Of a stretch of 64,000 bases of DNA, positions 63,270-64,000 are shown piece by piece. The notes beneath the pieces were generated by a model, which was given only the letters and a program-made list of their open reading frames with translations, was not told the origin of the DNA and searched no databases. How positions within the stretch are numbered: the first letter of the stretch is position 1; each line of letters begins with the position of its first letter. The DNA comes from Barthelona sp. PCE (lineage: Eukaryota): the NCBI GenBank assembly GCA_040285745.1, contig JAUFOR010000001.1:124001-188000 (forward strand), written 5' to 3'. A program made the translations under genes and the position numbers.

Positions 63270-64000
63270 ATGTCAGAACATCAATTCATTCAGTTTTTGA
63301 GAATATTTGCCTTTATCCCTAATTCTCCAACAATACATGTTGTAGAATCTATCAATGGTTATCGTGAAGACCGTGGAAATCTAAAAATCGGCTGTCTTCA
63401 GACTATGGCGTACCATGCAGACTGTAACCATCAATTAATCATTAATGGAACAACAACTATTGATGTTAATCAGCTTCTCAAAGGAAATTTTGTGGATCAA
63501 ACAACTGGACTTGTTGTCGGAGCTGAATTTAAGAGTCCCAACGTGGATATGCTGTCTTTTACAACCAGAGAGCCTCTGGATTTCGTGCGTTCAGTTAACG
63601 GAAGCGTCCCTATGCTTGTTCTTCGTGCATTACCGGGTCAGCAGTACAAGGTTCACTCGGATATGCTTTTCGGCCCCGACGCCAGCTCAGTCGGTGGTGT
63701 TCAGACGACAGTCTATAGATTAAGTAATCCCAGCGCTCCCCCAGTTGTTGCTGACTTGTACGGTCTGCTTGATCGAACAGATTTATTCTCTCAAATCAAA
63801 CAACACATCAGAAAGAACATTGATGAGATTCTTAATGAAATGCATGTTGAAGTAAGCGTAGCCATCGACTTCACTGCCAGTAATGGAAATCCTTCTAACC
63901 CCGGCACATTGCACTATGGTGAAAAAAACGATTACACCATGGCACTTCAGGCCCTAGAGATGTTAGAGCAGTATGATCTCGATAAGAGGGTACAGATGTA
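63270..64000 (+). CDS. Copine-family (vWA) protein, 3'-truncated by the window edge
   Basis: Open frame from ATG 63270 to the window end, missing from the ORF track because it has no stop. Contains VAIDFTASNGNP..PGTLHY...NDY..A......L.QYD.DK, the copine vWA signature. Confidence 0.88.
   Translation, partial: MSEHQFIQFLRIFAFIPNSPTIHVVESINGYREDRGNLKIGCLQTMAYHADCNHQLIINGTTTIDVNQLLKGNFVDQTTGLVVGAEFKSPNVDMLSFTTREPLDFVRSVNGSVPMLVLRALPGQQYKVHSDMLFGPDASSVGGVQTTVYRLSNPSAPPVVADLYGLLDRTDLFSQIKQHIRKNIDEILNEMHVEVSVAIDFTASNGNPSNPGTLHYGEKNDYTMALQALEMLEQYDLDKRVQM

Noticed and set aside
63445-63723. 92-aa plus-strand ORF in the track
   Set aside because: Out-of-frame overlap with the copine reading frame that runs from 63270 to the window end.
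1-64000. Alternative genetic code (TAA/TAG read as Gln, as in hexamitid diplomonads and ciliates)
   Set aside because: Conserved proteins end at the expected positions with TAA (PSMA2, eS10), TAG (Kae1) and TGA (IFT172, IDI1), and long ORFs have no in-frame stops.
1-64000. Prokaryotic or viral origin, operons, CRISPR arrays or defence systems suggested by the high gene density
   Set aside because: Gene content is eukaryote-specific (IFT172, Spc25, Nop14, eS10) and includes a spliceosomal intron. I saw no direct-repeat/spacer array, transposase, integrase or terminal repeats.

Overview
Very compact, almost intron-free eukaryotic nuclear DNA from a flagellated protist (IFT172, NPHP1-like, Spc25, PSMA2, eS10, Nop14, DDX54). 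The gene density, intron scarcity and protein divergence look metamonad-like, but that taxon call is inference only. About 35 protein-coding genes are packed on both strands, many separated by under 100 bp, with one convergent overlap. TAA, TAG and TGA all end recognisable genes, so the standard code applies. One 37-nt GT-AG intron is well supported. I recognised no rRNA, tRNA, mobile element or CRISPR array. Most notable: (1) a 1613-aa WD40 / coiled-coil / pseudokinase / HECT / RBR-type Rcat fusion with two candidate catalytic cysteines, next to RING and UBA/CUE genes; (2) a standalone 76-aa NEDD8/ubiquitin-like protein ending LRGA instead of LRGG; (3) a 5.5-kaa surface protein with about nine ~335-aa IPT/TIG super-repeats and about 7 C-terminal TM helices; (4) a possible divergent Tim17/Romo1-family protein. 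All product calls come from motifs recognised by eye, not from database searches.
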